A DNA stretch of 64,000 bases from an uncultured Alphaproteobacteria bacterium (lineage in GTDB: Bacteria; Pseudomonadota; Alphaproteobacteria; Rs-D84): positions 14,374 through 78,373 of the forward strand of contig CALXMA010000004.1 in the NCBI GenBank assembly GCA_944389345.1, given 5' to 3'. Below are positions 46,858-56,755 of the stretch, one piece after another. A program made the translations under genes and the position numbers. Every line of letters begins with the position of its first letter. The stretch's first letter is position 1. The notes beneath the pieces were generated by a model. That model saw nothing but the letters and a program-made list of their open reading frames with translations. It made no database searches and was not told where the DNA came from.

Positions 46858-47370
46858 TCACGCATCTATACGCGGGGAAACGCCGGTCGTGTAGCGTTTT
46901 GTACACTCCCTTTGTTTTCCCGCGTATATCTGCATGATTCTAATTGATTTATCATTTGCTGAATAATCACGCATCCGTGCGTGGGGAAACGCCGGTCATG
47001 TAGCGTTTTGTACACTCCCTTTGTTTTCCCGCGTATATCTGCATGATTCTAATTGATTTATCATTTGCTGAATAATCACGCATCCGTGCGTGGGGAAACG
47101 CCGGTCGTGTAGCGTTTTGTACACTCCCTGCGTTTTGTCGTGCACATCTGCATGATTCTAATTGATTTGTCATTTGCTGAATAATCACGCATCCGTGCGT
47201 GGGGAAACGCCGGTCGTGTAGCGTTTTGTACACTCCCTGCGTTTTGTCGTGCACATCTGCATGATTCTAATTGATTTGTCATTTGCTGAATAATCACGCA
47301 TCCGTGCGTGGGGAAATGTCGGTCGTGTAGCGTTTTGTACATTCCCTGCGTTTTGTCGTGCACAGATGCA
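46856..47370. repeat. Tandem array of ~4.7 copies of a 109-bp unit (two sub-variants), palindrome-rich, in convergent intergenic region
   Basis: The unit is AATCACGCATCCGTGCGTGGGGAAACGCCGGTCGTGTAGCGTTTTGTACACTCCCTGCGTTTTGTCGTGCACATCTGCATGATTCTAATTGATTTGTCATTTGCTGAAT. Copies start at 46856, 46965, 47074, 47183 and 47292. Each unit contains CACGCA-tccg-TGCGTG and AAACGC...GCGTTT inverted repeats. Confidence 0.85.
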
Positions 47371-47375
47371 TATCA

Positions 47376-47409
47376 TAAAAAAATAGAACGGACATCCGTT
47401 CTATTTTTT
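47376..47409. terminator. Bidirectional rho-independent terminator
   Basis: A7 run, then stem ATAGAACGG (47383-47391) / CCGTTCTAT (47396-47404) with loop ACAT, then T5. It overlaps the stop codon of the J-domain gene. Confidence 0.8.
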
Positions 47410-47910
47410 ATTGAAATAATCTTTTAATGTGTTGTATGCGTCGGTAATTTTTGTAAATTTTTTTGTTGCCGTGGCTTTATCACCCGTTGTGGTGTCGGGG
47501 TGGTGGCGTTTGGCCAATGTACGATATTTCGCAGATATTTCACGCCATGAACTGGTAATTGGCAAATCCAGTGTTGCAAATGCATTAACCGCGTTGGTGG
47601 GCATTGATTTTTTCCGTGGTGGCGTTTTATCAAATGTTGTACGGCCCGTTATAAAATCATTCAAAAAATTTATGTAATCACGGTTGTCTTGTTCGGCCTG
47701 GGCCTTGTCCTTTAATGGGGCGCCAAATGTTTGACGTTCCCAATCTTCTTCTATTTCTTCGGGGCTCATACCCGCATAGAAGTTCCAATTTTTGTTATAT
47801 TCGGCCGCGTGTTCACGACAAAACCACCAGTATTCACGCAAATCGCGCGTTTTTGGCGCACGACATGTACCGGCGCGTGTGCAACCGGGATGATCGCATT
47901 TTTTTATCAT
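47401..47910 (-). CDS. J-domain protein with N-terminal Cys-rich zinc-ribbon-like region (DnaJ-like co-chaperone)
   Basis: The C-terminal J domain reads ...SWREISAKYRTLAKRHHPDTTTGDKATATKKFTKITDAYNTLKD (HPD motif). The N-terminus reads MIKKCDHPGCTRAGTCRAP...WFCREH. The start is moved to MIKKC so that it does not overlap xerD. The ORF track start lies inside xerD. Confidence 0.7.
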   Translation of the reverse strand: MIKKCDHPGCTRAGTCRAPKTRDLREYWWFCREHAAEYNKNWNFYAGMSPEEIEEDWERQTFGAPLKDKAQAEQDNRDYINFLNDFITGRTTFDKTPPRKKSMPTNAVNAFATLDLPITSSWREISAKYRTLAKRHHPDTTTGDKATATKKFTKITDAYNTLKDYFNKK

Positions 47911-48773
47911 TTTTGTTTGTTTCCTATGTGCCCCAGTGGATGGTGCATTTGTACGGTTTGTTTCAATTTGTCTGGTAACACGTGCGTGTATATTTGGGTC
48001 GTGGATATATCTTCGTGTCCCAGCATAGTTTGAATTGCGCGCAGGTTTGCGCCACCCGCCAACAGGTGTGATGCAAACGAATGGCGCAGGACGTGCGGAC
48101 TGACCCGATTGGGGTCCAGCCCCGCCAAAATCGCGCATTTTTTTAATATCTTGTAAAATCCATCGCGTGTTATATGACCCGATTTTCCCGACGATGGAAA
48201 CATATATTTAGAATCCGCAGGCGTGCGAATTTTTAACCATTTTTTCAGGGCGTCTTGGGCCGATGCGTGCATCGGAACGATTCGTTCTTTTGCGCCTTTG
48301 CCGTGGATTAATAATTTATCGCCCAGGTTTGCCGATACCGGTAATTCGCACAATTCTGATACGCGCAGACCAGATGCGTACAATAATTCTATCATTGTGC
48401 GCAGGCGTGTTGAATTTTGTGTGTCGCCCGCCGACGATACCAATAGTTCTATTTCTTGGACCGACAGAAATTTTGGTAATGGACGATTACGCTGGGGCAG
48501 TTCCAGATTCGCAGATGGGTTTTCATCTATGATTTTTTCCAGCATCAGAAATTTATAAAATCCGCGCAGTGCGCTGGCCTTGCGCGCGACAGATGATGGA
48601 CGTTCGTCCAGTTCGTCCAGGTATTTTTGTATGTCTGGGCCACTGGCACCCATTAGTCCGCCAGGAATCGAATCGTTTGCCAGGCGCAAATCAGATGCAT
48701 AACTGGATAATGTGCGTTGACTGCGACCACGTTCGGCAGACAGGGCCTCTAAAAACATATCTATGTAGTTCAT
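47907..48773 (-). CDS. xerD: Tyrosine recombinase XerD (XerC/XerD family)
   Basis: It has ...MFLEALSAERGRSQRTLSSYASDLR... The catalytic region reads ...HVLRHSFASHLLAGGANLRAIQTMLGHEDISTTQIYTHV (R, H-x-x-R, Y). The start is taken at MNYIDMF. Confidence 0.8.
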   Translation of the reverse strand: MNYIDMFLEALSAERGRSQRTLSSYASDLRLANDSIPGGLMGASGPDIQKYLDELDERPSSVARKASALRGFYKFLMLEKIIDENPSANLELPQRNRPLPKFLSVQEIELLVSSAGDTQNSTRLRTMIELLYASGLRVSELCELPVSANLGDKLLIHGKGAKERIVPMHASAQDALKKWLKIRTPADSKYMFPSSGKSGHITRDGFYKILKKCAILAGLDPNRVSPHVLRHSFASHLLAGGANLRAIQTMLGHEDISTTQIYTHVLPDKLKQTVQMHHPLGHIGNKQK

Positions 48774-48921
48774 TGATATAAAACAACCTCGGTAATATGC
48801 TGGGTTGCGGGGAACGATATTATCATCAATATCACCAATACGGCAATCAATGTCCATATTATAATCTGGTTCCGTTTGGTGTTCTTTTTACGCAATGGCA
48901 TAAATGGTCCTTTTGTTATTA

Positions 48922-50001
48922 TTATATGGTATCAAAACTGGTGATAAATACACCGGCACCCGCAATGATTATCAGTGGTGGTGCAACAATTGCCAATAAT
49001 GGCGGTAATACACCCGTCGCGCCCAGGGCACTGAAAATATTAACCAAGAAATACACCGCAAAGCACGTCAGTATCCCAATACCGAATTTTACACCAAAAC
49101 TGTAATTACGACGTTGGCGGGTTTGTGAAAATGCAACCCCCAGTGTCGCCATTGCTATCATCGTTAATGGTAAAAACAGCAGGGTCCAAAACTGGACCAG
49201 GTGTGCGCGCACGGGAACGCCGATTTCGCGCATCTTGGTTATAAATTCTGGTAAATCCCAAAATGAAATTTGGTCCGGTTGCAGGTATCTGTCCAGGACG
49301 GTTTGCGGATTTAATAATGTATTTATGTGCCAATTTTGAATGCGTAATTTACCGTGGTCGTCCCATGTGTGTGCGTTCGTGGCGTTGATGCCCGCGTCAG
49401 ACAGGGTTATTGTGTCGGCCTGGACCCGTTGGGTCAATTTGAATGTTTTGTCTTGGATATATATCGTTGCGTTGTCAAACAGCAATATGTCGCCAGATTT
49501 ATGCATGCTTTTGGCGTTCATTGTTATATATCCCGTATCAGACGATTCGCGCAACCATATCGCATCATCAATCAAGATTAAATGATCGGGGGTGATATCT
49601 TGGGCGTTCATATTTACGGAATATGGATTTATAATCGTTGTTGCAAAGACACCAATTAATATCGCGCCGATTAAAAACGGACGCGCCATTTGGTACGGCG
49701 ACAGGCCCGCACTGGCCACGATTATACTTTCACTGGATTTAGTTAAATTATATGATGCCAGCAATGTGCCCATAAATACCGCCAATGGTAAAAACAGCGG
49801 TACATATTCCATCAGACGGACCCATGAATCAACCAATGCCGCCCATACCGTCGGATTAGATGGCAGACGTTCCACAAACGTCACCGCCAGAATAATTCCG
49901 CACACCACCAATAAAACCAGCCCGACGCCCGAAAAAAAGCGTCGCATTAAAAATCTGGACAAAATACGTGGTCGTGTATGCATAAGATTTATGTCAATCA
50001 C
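48922..50001 (-). CDS. LPS export ABC transporter permease, LptF/LptG (YjgP/YjgQ) family
   Basis: It has ...ILSRFLMRRFFSGVGLVLLVVCGIILAVTFVERL... with 6 TM helices and a periplasmic beta-jellyroll. The true start may be the downstream Met at 49983. Confidence 0.75.
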   Translation of the reverse strand: MIDINLMHTRPRILSRFLMRRFFSGVGLVLLVVCGIILAVTFVERLPSNPTVWAALVDSWVRLMEYVPLFLPLAVFMGTLLASYNLTKSSESIIVASAGLSPYQMARPFLIGAILIGVFATTIINPYSVNMNAQDITPDHLILIDDAIWLRESSDTGYITMNAKSMHKSGDILLFDNATIYIQDKTFKLTQRVQADTITLSDAGINATNAHTWDDHGKLRIQNWHINTLLNPQTVLDRYLQPDQISFWDLPEFITKMREIGVPVRAHLVQFWTLLFLPLTMIAMATLGVAFSQTRQRRNYSFGVKFGIGILTCFAVYFLVNIFSALGATGVLPPLLAIVAPPLIIIAGAGVFITSFDTI

Positions 50002-50082
50002 AAAAGTATAACCCGTAGATTTGACAATTGCAAAATTAAAATGAATGCTTATAATTTCAACGAATTAATTAGGACAGGTAAT

Positions 50083-50553
50083 ATGGAAAAGAAACCAATT
50101 TCACGGGCCGGGTTTGATGGCCTGATTAAAGAACTGAAAGATTTGAAAGAAGTACAACGTCCAGAAATATTGAAAACGGTTCAATGGGCGCGGTCTTTGG
50201 GCGATTTGTCTGAAAACGCTGATTACAGTGCGGCCAAGGAAAAACAACGTCAAATAGACAAGCGGATTCAGTTTATAGAAAACTTTATCGAAAACGCCGA
50301 TGTCATCGATATAGACAGTTTGTCCGGGGACAGGGTTGTTTTTGGTGCGCGCGTCGTTGCCGAAGACGAAGATGGAAATCGTATGCAGTGTCGGATTTTA
50401 TCGGATATCGAATCGGATGGCAAACATGTGATTTCTTGTACGTCGCCGGTGGGGCGGGCATTGATTGGTCGGTGTGTCGGCGATACGTGTATCGTAAAGT
50501 TGCCCAGTGGTGAAAAAGAATATGAAATATTAGAGGTTAAATTCAAGGACTAG
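50083..50553 (+). CDS. greA: Transcription elongation factor GreA
   Basis: It has MEKKPISRAGFDGLIKELKDLKEVQRPEI...DLSENADYSAAKE. The start is at MEKKPIS. The ORF track start lies inside lptF/G. Confidence 0.9.
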   Translation: MEKKPISRAGFDGLIKELKDLKEVQRPEILKTVQWARSLGDLSENADYSAAKEKQRQIDKRIQFIENFIENADVIDIDSLSGDRVVFGARVVAEDEDGNRMQCRILSDIESDGKHVISCTSPVGRALIGRCVGDTCIVKLPSGEKEYEILEVKFKD

Positions 50554-50563
50554 GGCGCAGTAA

Positions 50564-52333
50564 ATGCCAATTCGTGTATTGCCAGATTTCTTGGTGAATC
50601 AAATTGCCGCCGGCGAAGTTGTCGAACGGCCGGCCAGTGTGGTCAAAGAATTGGTGGAAAATGCGCTGGATGCGGGTGCCGATAATATTGTCATAGATGT
50701 TGTTGATGGTGGGCGGACGCTGATATCCGTGATTGATAATGGCGGCGGAATGTCGCGTGATGATTTGGCGCATTGTGTTATGCGTCATGCGACGTCTAAA
50801 TTGCCGTCTGATGATTTGTTAAACATAAACTTTATGGGGTTCCGTGGCGAAGCGTTGCCGTCGATTGCGTCTGTGTCTGATATGGTGATTGATACGTATA
50901 ACGGCGTGGACGAAAATGGTTGGCAGTTGGATTGTGCAACGGGTGAAATTCGGCCGTCTGCGTGGGATTCTGGGACGCGAATTCGGGTCCAAAATTTGTT
51001 TGCTAATACGCCCGCGCGATTAAAATTTTTGCACAGTGACAGGGCAGAATTAATGGCGGTGGTTGACGTGGTAAAGCGTTTGGCCATGGCCAGGTCGGAT
51101 GTTGGGTTCGTGCTGAATAACAAATGGTTCTTTGCCAAAGGACAAGAATTGTCCCAGCGGGTTGTTGCCGTTATGGGCGAAGATGTACGTGGGCAAATGT
51201 TAACTGTTGATGCAAAATCTGAATCAAATGACAAATTGGCGTTGCATGGTTTTATTTCCCAGCCCACATTACGTCGTGCGTCGTCTGTGGATCAATATTT
51301 GTTTGTAAATGGTCGGCCCGTGCGGGATAAAGTATTGGTTGGGGCGTTACGGGCGTCGTATATGGATGTTATGCATGCGCGGGAATTTCCATTGTGTGCG
51401 CTGTATTTGACGTTGGACCCGCGCAGTGTCGATGTTAACGTTTCGCCCGCAAAAACAGATGTGCATTTTTTAGAACCCGCCCATGTGCGTGCGTTTATTA
51501 TCAAGACTGTGCGTAATGCGTTGGCACGGACCGTGGCAGAAAATTTGCATGATAATTCTGTGGCGCGGGCGCAATACGTTGCAAATCCGGTTATGGAATG
51601 CGCGCGCAGTGTGCCTAAATTTAATCCCGCCGATTTTCGTGTATGTGCACCCATCCGGGCGGTTGGCGATGTTTTCAAAAATAATTCGGATAATCGGGCG
51701 GGTGATAGTGTATCAAATATTACCGTGGCCAAGAATGTTGATACAGAACCGCAATTGGTCGCAGATGACAGACCGTTGGGGCGTGTTATCGGGCAAATTG
51801 GTAATAAATATATATTGGCACAAAGTGGTGAAAATTTGGTCATTGTGGACCAGCATGCCGGACATGAACGTATTACGTATGAACGTATGCGACAGCATAA
51901 CATAAAAGTTCAACCGTTATTGACACCAATCGTGGTCAGTTTGCGTCCCGAAGATGCGTTGGCGGTTATGTCTGTGGCCGACCAATTACGTGGTGGTGGA
52001 TTGGTCATAGATGATTTTGGTGATTCATCAATTGCTGTTTTTGAGAAGCCCGCCGATTGGGATTTGGATTGGAACGATTTGTTCCATGCAATCGCGGACG
52101 AGGTTCGGGAATACGGCGCGTCCGCACAACTGGGGGAACGGTTGCATTTGAAACTGGCAAACTATGCGTGTCATCACAGTGTGCGTGCCGGTCAGAAACT
52201 GGACTATAATCAAATGGATACTTTGTTGCGTGATATTGAAAAAACTGTTCGTGGGGGTGAATGCAATCACGGGCGACCAGTTTATAAAATCATTCCATTG
52301 GACGAAATCGATACGTGGTTCGAACGGGCCTGA
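50564..52333 (+). CDS. mutL: DNA mismatch repair protein MutL
   Basis: It has MPIRVLPDFLVNQIAAGEVVERPASVVKELVENALDAGA (GHKL ATPase) and a C-terminal dimerisation domain. Confidence 0.93.
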   Translation: MPIRVLPDFLVNQIAAGEVVERPASVVKELVENALDAGADNIVIDVVDGGRTLISVIDNGGGMSRDDLAHCVMRHATSKLPSDDLLNINFMGFRGEALPSIASVSDMVIDTYNGVDENGWQLDCATGEIRPSAWDSGTRIRVQNLFANTPARLKFLHSDRAELMAVVDVVKRLAMARSDVGFVLNNKWFFAKGQELSQRVVAVMGEDVRGQMLTVDAKSESNDKLALHGFISQPTLRRASSVDQYLFVNGRPVRDKVLVGALRASYMDVMHAREFPLCALYLTLDPRSVDVNVSPAKTDVHFLEPAHVRAFIIKTVRNALARTVAENLHDNSVARAQYVANPVMECARSVPKFNPADFRVCAPIRAVGDVFKNNSDNRAGDSVSNITVAKNVDTEPQLVADDRPLGRVIGQIGNKYILAQSGENLVIVDQHAGHERITYERMRQHNIKVQPLLTPIVVSLRPEDALAVMSVADQLRGGGLVIDDFGDSSIAVFEKPADWDLDWNDLFHAIADEVREYGASAQLGERLHLKLANYACHHSVRAGQKLDYNQMDTLLRDIEKTVRGGECNHGRPVYKIIPLDEIDTWFERA

Positions 52334-52421
52334 GTTTTGGGATATGTGGCGTATTTTTCCTTTACAAATTCGGCTTTTTTTACTATTCTGACACAATAAA
52401 TATTCTATCAAGGAGAAAATT

Positions 52422-52730
52422 ATGAACGATGCAACCGCGGTGGTTGATACGGCCACAACCCAGGCCACAAGTACAACGATAGATGGATGGGGGCTGTTAT
52501 TATATTGTGTAATTATTTTGGCAATAATTTACTTTTTTATGGTTCGACCAAATAAAAAGCGTATGGATGAATACCAAAAAATGCTGGATTCTATTCAGGT
52601 TGGTAATCGCATTATGGCCGCGGGTATTTATGGTACGGTCAAAAAGATTAATGACAAGACAATTGAAATGGAAATTGCAGACGGGGTCGTTATAGAAGTT
52701 AATAAGGGTGCCGTCGCAAGTGTAGAGTAA
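52422..52730 (+). CDS. yajC: Preprotein translocase subunit YajC
   Basis: It has ...LAIIYFFMVRPNKKRMDEYQKMLDSIQVGNRIMAAGIYGTVKKINDKTIEMEIADGVVIEV. Confidence 0.85.
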   Translation: MNDATAVVDTATTQATSTTIDGWGLLLYCVIILAIIYFFMVRPNKKRMDEYQKMLDSIQVGNRIMAAGIYGTVKKINDKTIEMEIADGVVIEVNKGAVASVE

Positions 52731-52745
52731 AAGAAGGGTTGGGTT

Positions 52746-54305
52746 ATGTTTAAGAAACTGGCAATAATTTTTGTCGCGGTGTTTGGCGTGTTGCTGGCGG
52801 TGCCGACAATGGCGCCGAATTTGGCACCGTATTTTCCGTCTTGGATTCAGCCGATTCCACTGGGGTTGGACTTAAAGGGTGGTGCGCAACTGTTGTTAGA
52901 AGTTGATACCGATACCATGTTCCAGGAAAAGGCCGAACAATTATACGAAGATGCACGCAGTGCATTAATTGACCGGGACAAGGGTGTTATTAGATTTTCT
53001 AATATGCGCAATGTGGATGGTGTTGTGTCGTTCGTCGTTCGTGAAGACGATGATGTGTCCAAGGCGCGCGGTCGGTTAAGAAGTGTGTTTGGTGATACGG
53101 TTGATATTTCTGTTGATGGACGGACGATGTCTTTGTCTTATTCGCCGGTTGCCAAAGACGAAATGGTCCAAGATGCGTTATCGCGCAGTATTGAAATCGT
53201 GCGTCGTCGTATTGATGCGCTGGGAACCAAAGAACCGTCTATTCAAAGTCAGGGTGGCAAATACATATTGGTACAATTGCCGGGCGTTGATAACCCAGAA
53301 CGTATCAAAGATTTAATTGGTCAGACCGCAAAAATGACGTTCCATTTGGTGAATGAAAACATTACCGCGGAACAGTTGGCGTCGGGACATGCGCCAAAGG
53401 GTACGGAGTTTTTACCGTATATGGATGCGCCCGATCAATTAATTCCGGTGTATTCACGTGTGGAAGTGTCGGGTGAATCTTTGAAAGATTCCCAGGCTGA
53501 TTTTGATCAAAATAATATGCCGGTGGTGACAACAGTGTTTGATGCGTCTGGGGCGCGCAAGTTTGCACGTCTGACAACAGACCATGTAAACGAACGGTTT
53601 GCAATTGTGTTGGACGATATGGTGTTGTCGGCGCCGACGATTCGTGAACCGATACCCGGTGGTCGTGGTCAGATTTCCGGTGGGTTCACATTACAAGGCG
53701 CCAAAGATTTGGCCGTTCTGTTGCGCAGTGGCGCGTTGCCGGCACCGTTACAGGTTATCGAAGAACGTACTGTTGGTGCGGGGCTGGGGGCGGACACAAT
53801 CGCGGCCGGAAAAATTGCGTCTTTGGTTGGTGTCATATTTATTATGATATTTATGATTGTTTGCTATCGCGGGTTCGGTGTTATCGCCAGTTTCGTGTTA
53901 ATCATCAATTTGGCGATGATTATCGGTATTACGGCGCTGTTGGGTGGTGTATTAACGTTGCCCGGAATTGCCGGTATTGTGTTAACACTGGGGATGGCGG
54001 TGGACGCAAACATTTTACCGTTCGAACGAATACGTGATGAAATTCGTGCGGGGTCGACGCCGTTGCGCGCGGTCGAGGCCGGATTCCATCGGTCTATGAA
54101 GGCCGTGTTGGACGGAAATTTGACTAATTTGATTTGTTCGTTGGTTTTGTTCCAATTTGGTGCCGGTCCGATTCGCGGATTTGCAGTGACGCTGTCTGTG
54201 GGTGTGTTGACGACGCTGTTTACGTGTGTGTCGCTGTCCAAGGTTATCATTGATTGGTACATGAACGGCAAAAATAAAAAAATTAGTTATGTAAAAAGCA
54301 AGTAA
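52746..54305 (+). CDS. secD: Protein translocase subunit SecD
   Basis: 519 aa. It has an N-terminal TM, a large periplasmic domain and a 6-TM C-terminal region (...LGADTIAAGKIASLVGVIFIMIFMIVCYRGFG...). Confidence 0.9.
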   Translation: MFKKLAIIFVAVFGVLLAVPTMAPNLAPYFPSWIQPIPLGLDLKGGAQLLLEVDTDTMFQEKAEQLYEDARSALIDRDKGVIRFSNMRNVDGVVSFVVREDDDVSKARGRLRSVFGDTVDISVDGRTMSLSYSPVAKDEMVQDALSRSIEIVRRRIDALGTKEPSIQSQGGKYILVQLPGVDNPERIKDLIGQTAKMTFHLVNENITAEQLASGHAPKGTEFLPYMDAPDQLIPVYSRVEVSGESLKDSQADFDQNNMPVVTTVFDASGARKFARLTTDHVNERFAIVLDDMVLSAPTIREPIPGGRGQISGGFTLQGAKDLAVLLRSGALPAPLQVIEERTVGAGLGADTIAAGKIASLVGVIFIMIFMIVCYRGFGVIASFVLIINLAMIIGITALLGGVLTLPGIAGIVLTLGMAVDANILPFERIRDEIRAGSTPLRAVEAGFHRSMKAVLDGNLTNLICSLVLFQFGAGPIRGFAVTLSVGVLTTLFTCVSLSKVIIDWYMNGKNKKISYVKSK

Positions 54306-54315
54306 GGGGATTGTA

Positions 54316-55191
54316 ATGAAACTGAGATTTATGAAATATCGCAAGTTATCGTACTGGATTGCGGGCGCGTTCATTGCACTGTCTGTTTTGTCGCTGGTTG
54401 TGCGTGGGTTGAATTATGGTATTGACTTTTCCGGTGGTATTTCGATGGAGGTTAAACCTGTATCTGCCGAATACACTATCGATCAAATGCGTACGGATTT
54501 GGAACAGTTTAACCCAGAATTACAATCCGTGGGAACCGATGGGGCGATTTTGGTGCGTGTTGGTCTGCCCAAGGGGGCAACCGATGCAGAACAGAATCAA
54601 AGGGTAAGTGAAATCAAAGATATTCTGGGTAATAACGTAGAATATTCCCAGGTGCAAATCGTTGGACCGAAAATTGGTGGTGAACTGGTCCGCGGTGGTA
54701 TTCTGGCCATATTGTTTTCATTTATATTAATGTCTGTTTATGTATGGGTGCGTTATCGTGGCGGGTACGCAATAGGGTCGTTTATATCGCTGTGTTTGGA
54801 CTTTGTCATCATGTTCGGATTCTTTTCTTTGACGGGATTGGAATTTAATCAGACGGCGATTGCGGTTATCTTGATGGGTGTTGGATATTCTATTAATGAT
54901 AAAGTCGTGAATTACGACCGAATCGAAGAAAATATCAAAAAGTACCATAAAATGCCTATGGACGATTTAATCGATTTGTCTGTTAATGAAATGATGCGCA
55001 GAACAATTATGACGGGGGTGTCGACCATATTGGCGATGGTTGCGTTGTTCTTGTTCGGTGGGCCTGCGTTGCGCGACTTTTCAATCGCAATGGCGTTCGC
55101 GGTTGTTATGGGGACGTTCACCAGTATTTATATTTCTAATGTGATTTTGTATCACTTTAATTTGCGCGACGAAGACGCAACGAAAAAGTAA
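54316..55191 (+). CDS. secF: Protein translocase subunit SecF
   Basis: 291 aa. It begins MKLRFMKYRKLSYWIAGAFIALSVLSL and has ...GIDFSGG... followed by a 6-TM region. Confidence 0.9.
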   Translation: MKLRFMKYRKLSYWIAGAFIALSVLSLVVRGLNYGIDFSGGISMEVKPVSAEYTIDQMRTDLEQFNPELQSVGTDGAILVRVGLPKGATDAEQNQRVSEIKDILGNNVEYSQVQIVGPKIGGELVRGGILAILFSFILMSVYVWVRYRGGYAIGSFISLCLDFVIMFGFFSLTGLEFNQTAIAVILMGVGYSINDKVVNYDRIEENIKKYHKMPMDDLIDLSVNEMMRRTIMTGVSTILAMVALFLFGGPALRDFSIAMAFAVVMGTFTSIYISNVILYHFNLRDEDATKK

Positions 55192-55228
55192 ATACAAGAC
55201 AGGTGCCAGCCACAGGGGGGAACAATAG

Positions 55229-56734
55229 ATGAGAATCGCAAAATTCTGGGTGTTTTTGTTTTTAATCCTGGGGGTGGTGCCTTGTCGTGCAGACAGTTTG
55301 TTCTTTGAAGATGAACCTGTGCAAGACGGGTTAAATGTTTTTGATGTTTCTGCGACGTTTGCCGATATTTATCAAAAATTAGACAGTGTAAAATGGGGCG
55401 GAAAAAACATAAATGTTGCAATTGAAAGTTTGGAAAAATTAAATCCAAATGCGCATATTGCCGCCACAGATGAACGCGTTGTGTTGGTATGGAAAGACGC
55501 AATTATTGCGAACTATCCACGACCGGAACCCGGTGATTGGAACGGTTTTGGGGAAATTACAACGGCGTTGGTGTTGAAATTACGTGCAAATGATGTGGCG
55601 TTGCATAATGCCAGCGAAAGTCAGATGTACCAGATGGTCGTCGACAGTTTAATGCGCGGAATTGATGAAAATGGTCGATATATTTATTCGCGCCAGGCCG
55701 AAATCAATGAAGATGGGCGGATATTAACCAGTGTCGGATTAGAAGGTGTGCGCGATTCGCGTGGCAATTATCGGGTGGACGGGATATACAAGGGATCGCC
55801 CGCGGACATTGCCGGTATTCGCGAAGGCGATTTGATTGTTGAAATTAACGGTGTGGCCGTGGCGGATATGTCTGATGCGGATTTGTCCGGGGTGATGTCT
55901 GGATTTAATTCGGGGACGGCGAAAATTAAGTTGCTGAATCCCGCCGGGGAAAAAGATGTCGTATTGCGTCGTGCAACAATCGTGTTGGCGGATGCAGATA
56001 TTGTTCATCGCAGTGATCCAGAATTTGGCGGATTATTAGAGATTGTCGTTCACAGAATTACAGATAATGCAACACAAATTGTAAATGAAGCATTGGCGAA
56101 ATATCCAGATGTTTCCGGGATTATATTGGACTTGCGGGCGGCAACCGGTGATGATGAACGGGCCGCCGCAAAGTTTGCGGGTTTGTTTGTTGGTGCACGC
56201 CCAGTTATGCGAATCGTTGAAACCGCCATGGATGAAGTAGAGGTTATCCCCGGGGGCAGTGCGGTTACAGATGCGCCGGTGGTTGTGTTGATGTCTAATA
56301 TGACGCGGGGCACCGCCGAGGCCATAGTTGCCACATTTTATGAAAATGAACGTGGGGTGTTGGTTGGAACGCCAACCGCCGGCAGTGCGCGAATCGCGTC
56401 ACGGGTGAATCTGGAAAATGGCGGGGCGTTAGAGTTATTGAACAAGGCTATTAAAACAGGTTCGGGGCGCGTTATTGATGGACGTGGAATTTTTCCCATT
56501 GTTTGTTTGTCGAATATTCGGTCTGTGAATCAACAAAATGCTTTTTTCTTGAACGTTATAAATAACGATTTTAATTCCAAAGATTTTAACCAAGAACCAG
56601 ATGTTGATGTGGATGCGATTCGTCGGGGGTGTCCGGTTATTACCAGTGGCGCCGATGAAGATGCGTTGTCAACGGCGGTGGCGGTTAAAATACTGACCGA
56701 TGAAAAGGTCTATAATAAATTGGTTGCAGAATAG
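55229..56734 (+). CDS. S41-family C-terminal-processing peptidase homologue with PDZ domain (catalytic residues possibly non-canonical)
   Basis: It has a signal peptide. The PDZ domain reads ...GSPADIAGIREGDLIVEINGVAV. The S41 core reads ...GIILDLRAATGDDERAAAKFAGLFVG... The expected Ser/Lys dyad regions read TRGTAEAIVA and TPTAGSARI. Confidence 0.6.
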   Translation: MRIAKFWVFLFLILGVVPCRADSLFFEDEPVQDGLNVFDVSATFADIYQKLDSVKWGGKNINVAIESLEKLNPNAHIAATDERVVLVWKDAIIANYPRPEPGDWNGFGEITTALVLKLRANDVALHNASESQMYQMVVDSLMRGIDENGRYIYSRQAEINEDGRILTSVGLEGVRDSRGNYRVDGIYKGSPADIAGIREGDLIVEINGVAVADMSDADLSGVMSGFNSGTAKIKLLNPAGEKDVVLRRATIVLADADIVHRSDPEFGGLLEIVVHRITDNATQIVNEALAKYPDVSGIILDLRAATGDDERAAAKFAGLFVGARPVMRIVETAMDEVEVIPGGSAVTDAPVVVLMSNMTRGTAEAIVATFYENERGVLVGTPTAGSARIASRVNLENGGALELLNKAIKTGSGRVIDGRGIFPIVCLSNIRSVNQQNAFFLNVINNDFNSKDFNQEPDVDVDAIRRGCPVITSGADEDALSTAVAVKILTDEKVYNKLVAE

Positions 56735-56755
56735 GGTACAGATACGGGGTTTATA

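Noticed and set aside
46856-47370. Possible CRISPR array
   Set aside because: The repeat units are contiguous with no unique spacers between them. The unit length is 109 bp and no cas genes are nearby, so this is a plain tandem repeat.
46967-47376. Three overlapping ~95-aa minus-strand ORFs (MHDKTQG...)
   Set aside because: They lie wholly inside the 109-bp tandem repeat array. Their near-identity is a consequence of the DNA repeat, and the period is not divisible by 3, so they are not protein-coding.
50785-51903. Two minus-strand ORFs (160 and 203 aa) inside mutL
   Set aside because: They are antisense to the conserved MutL ATPase and dimerisation domains and show no motifs.
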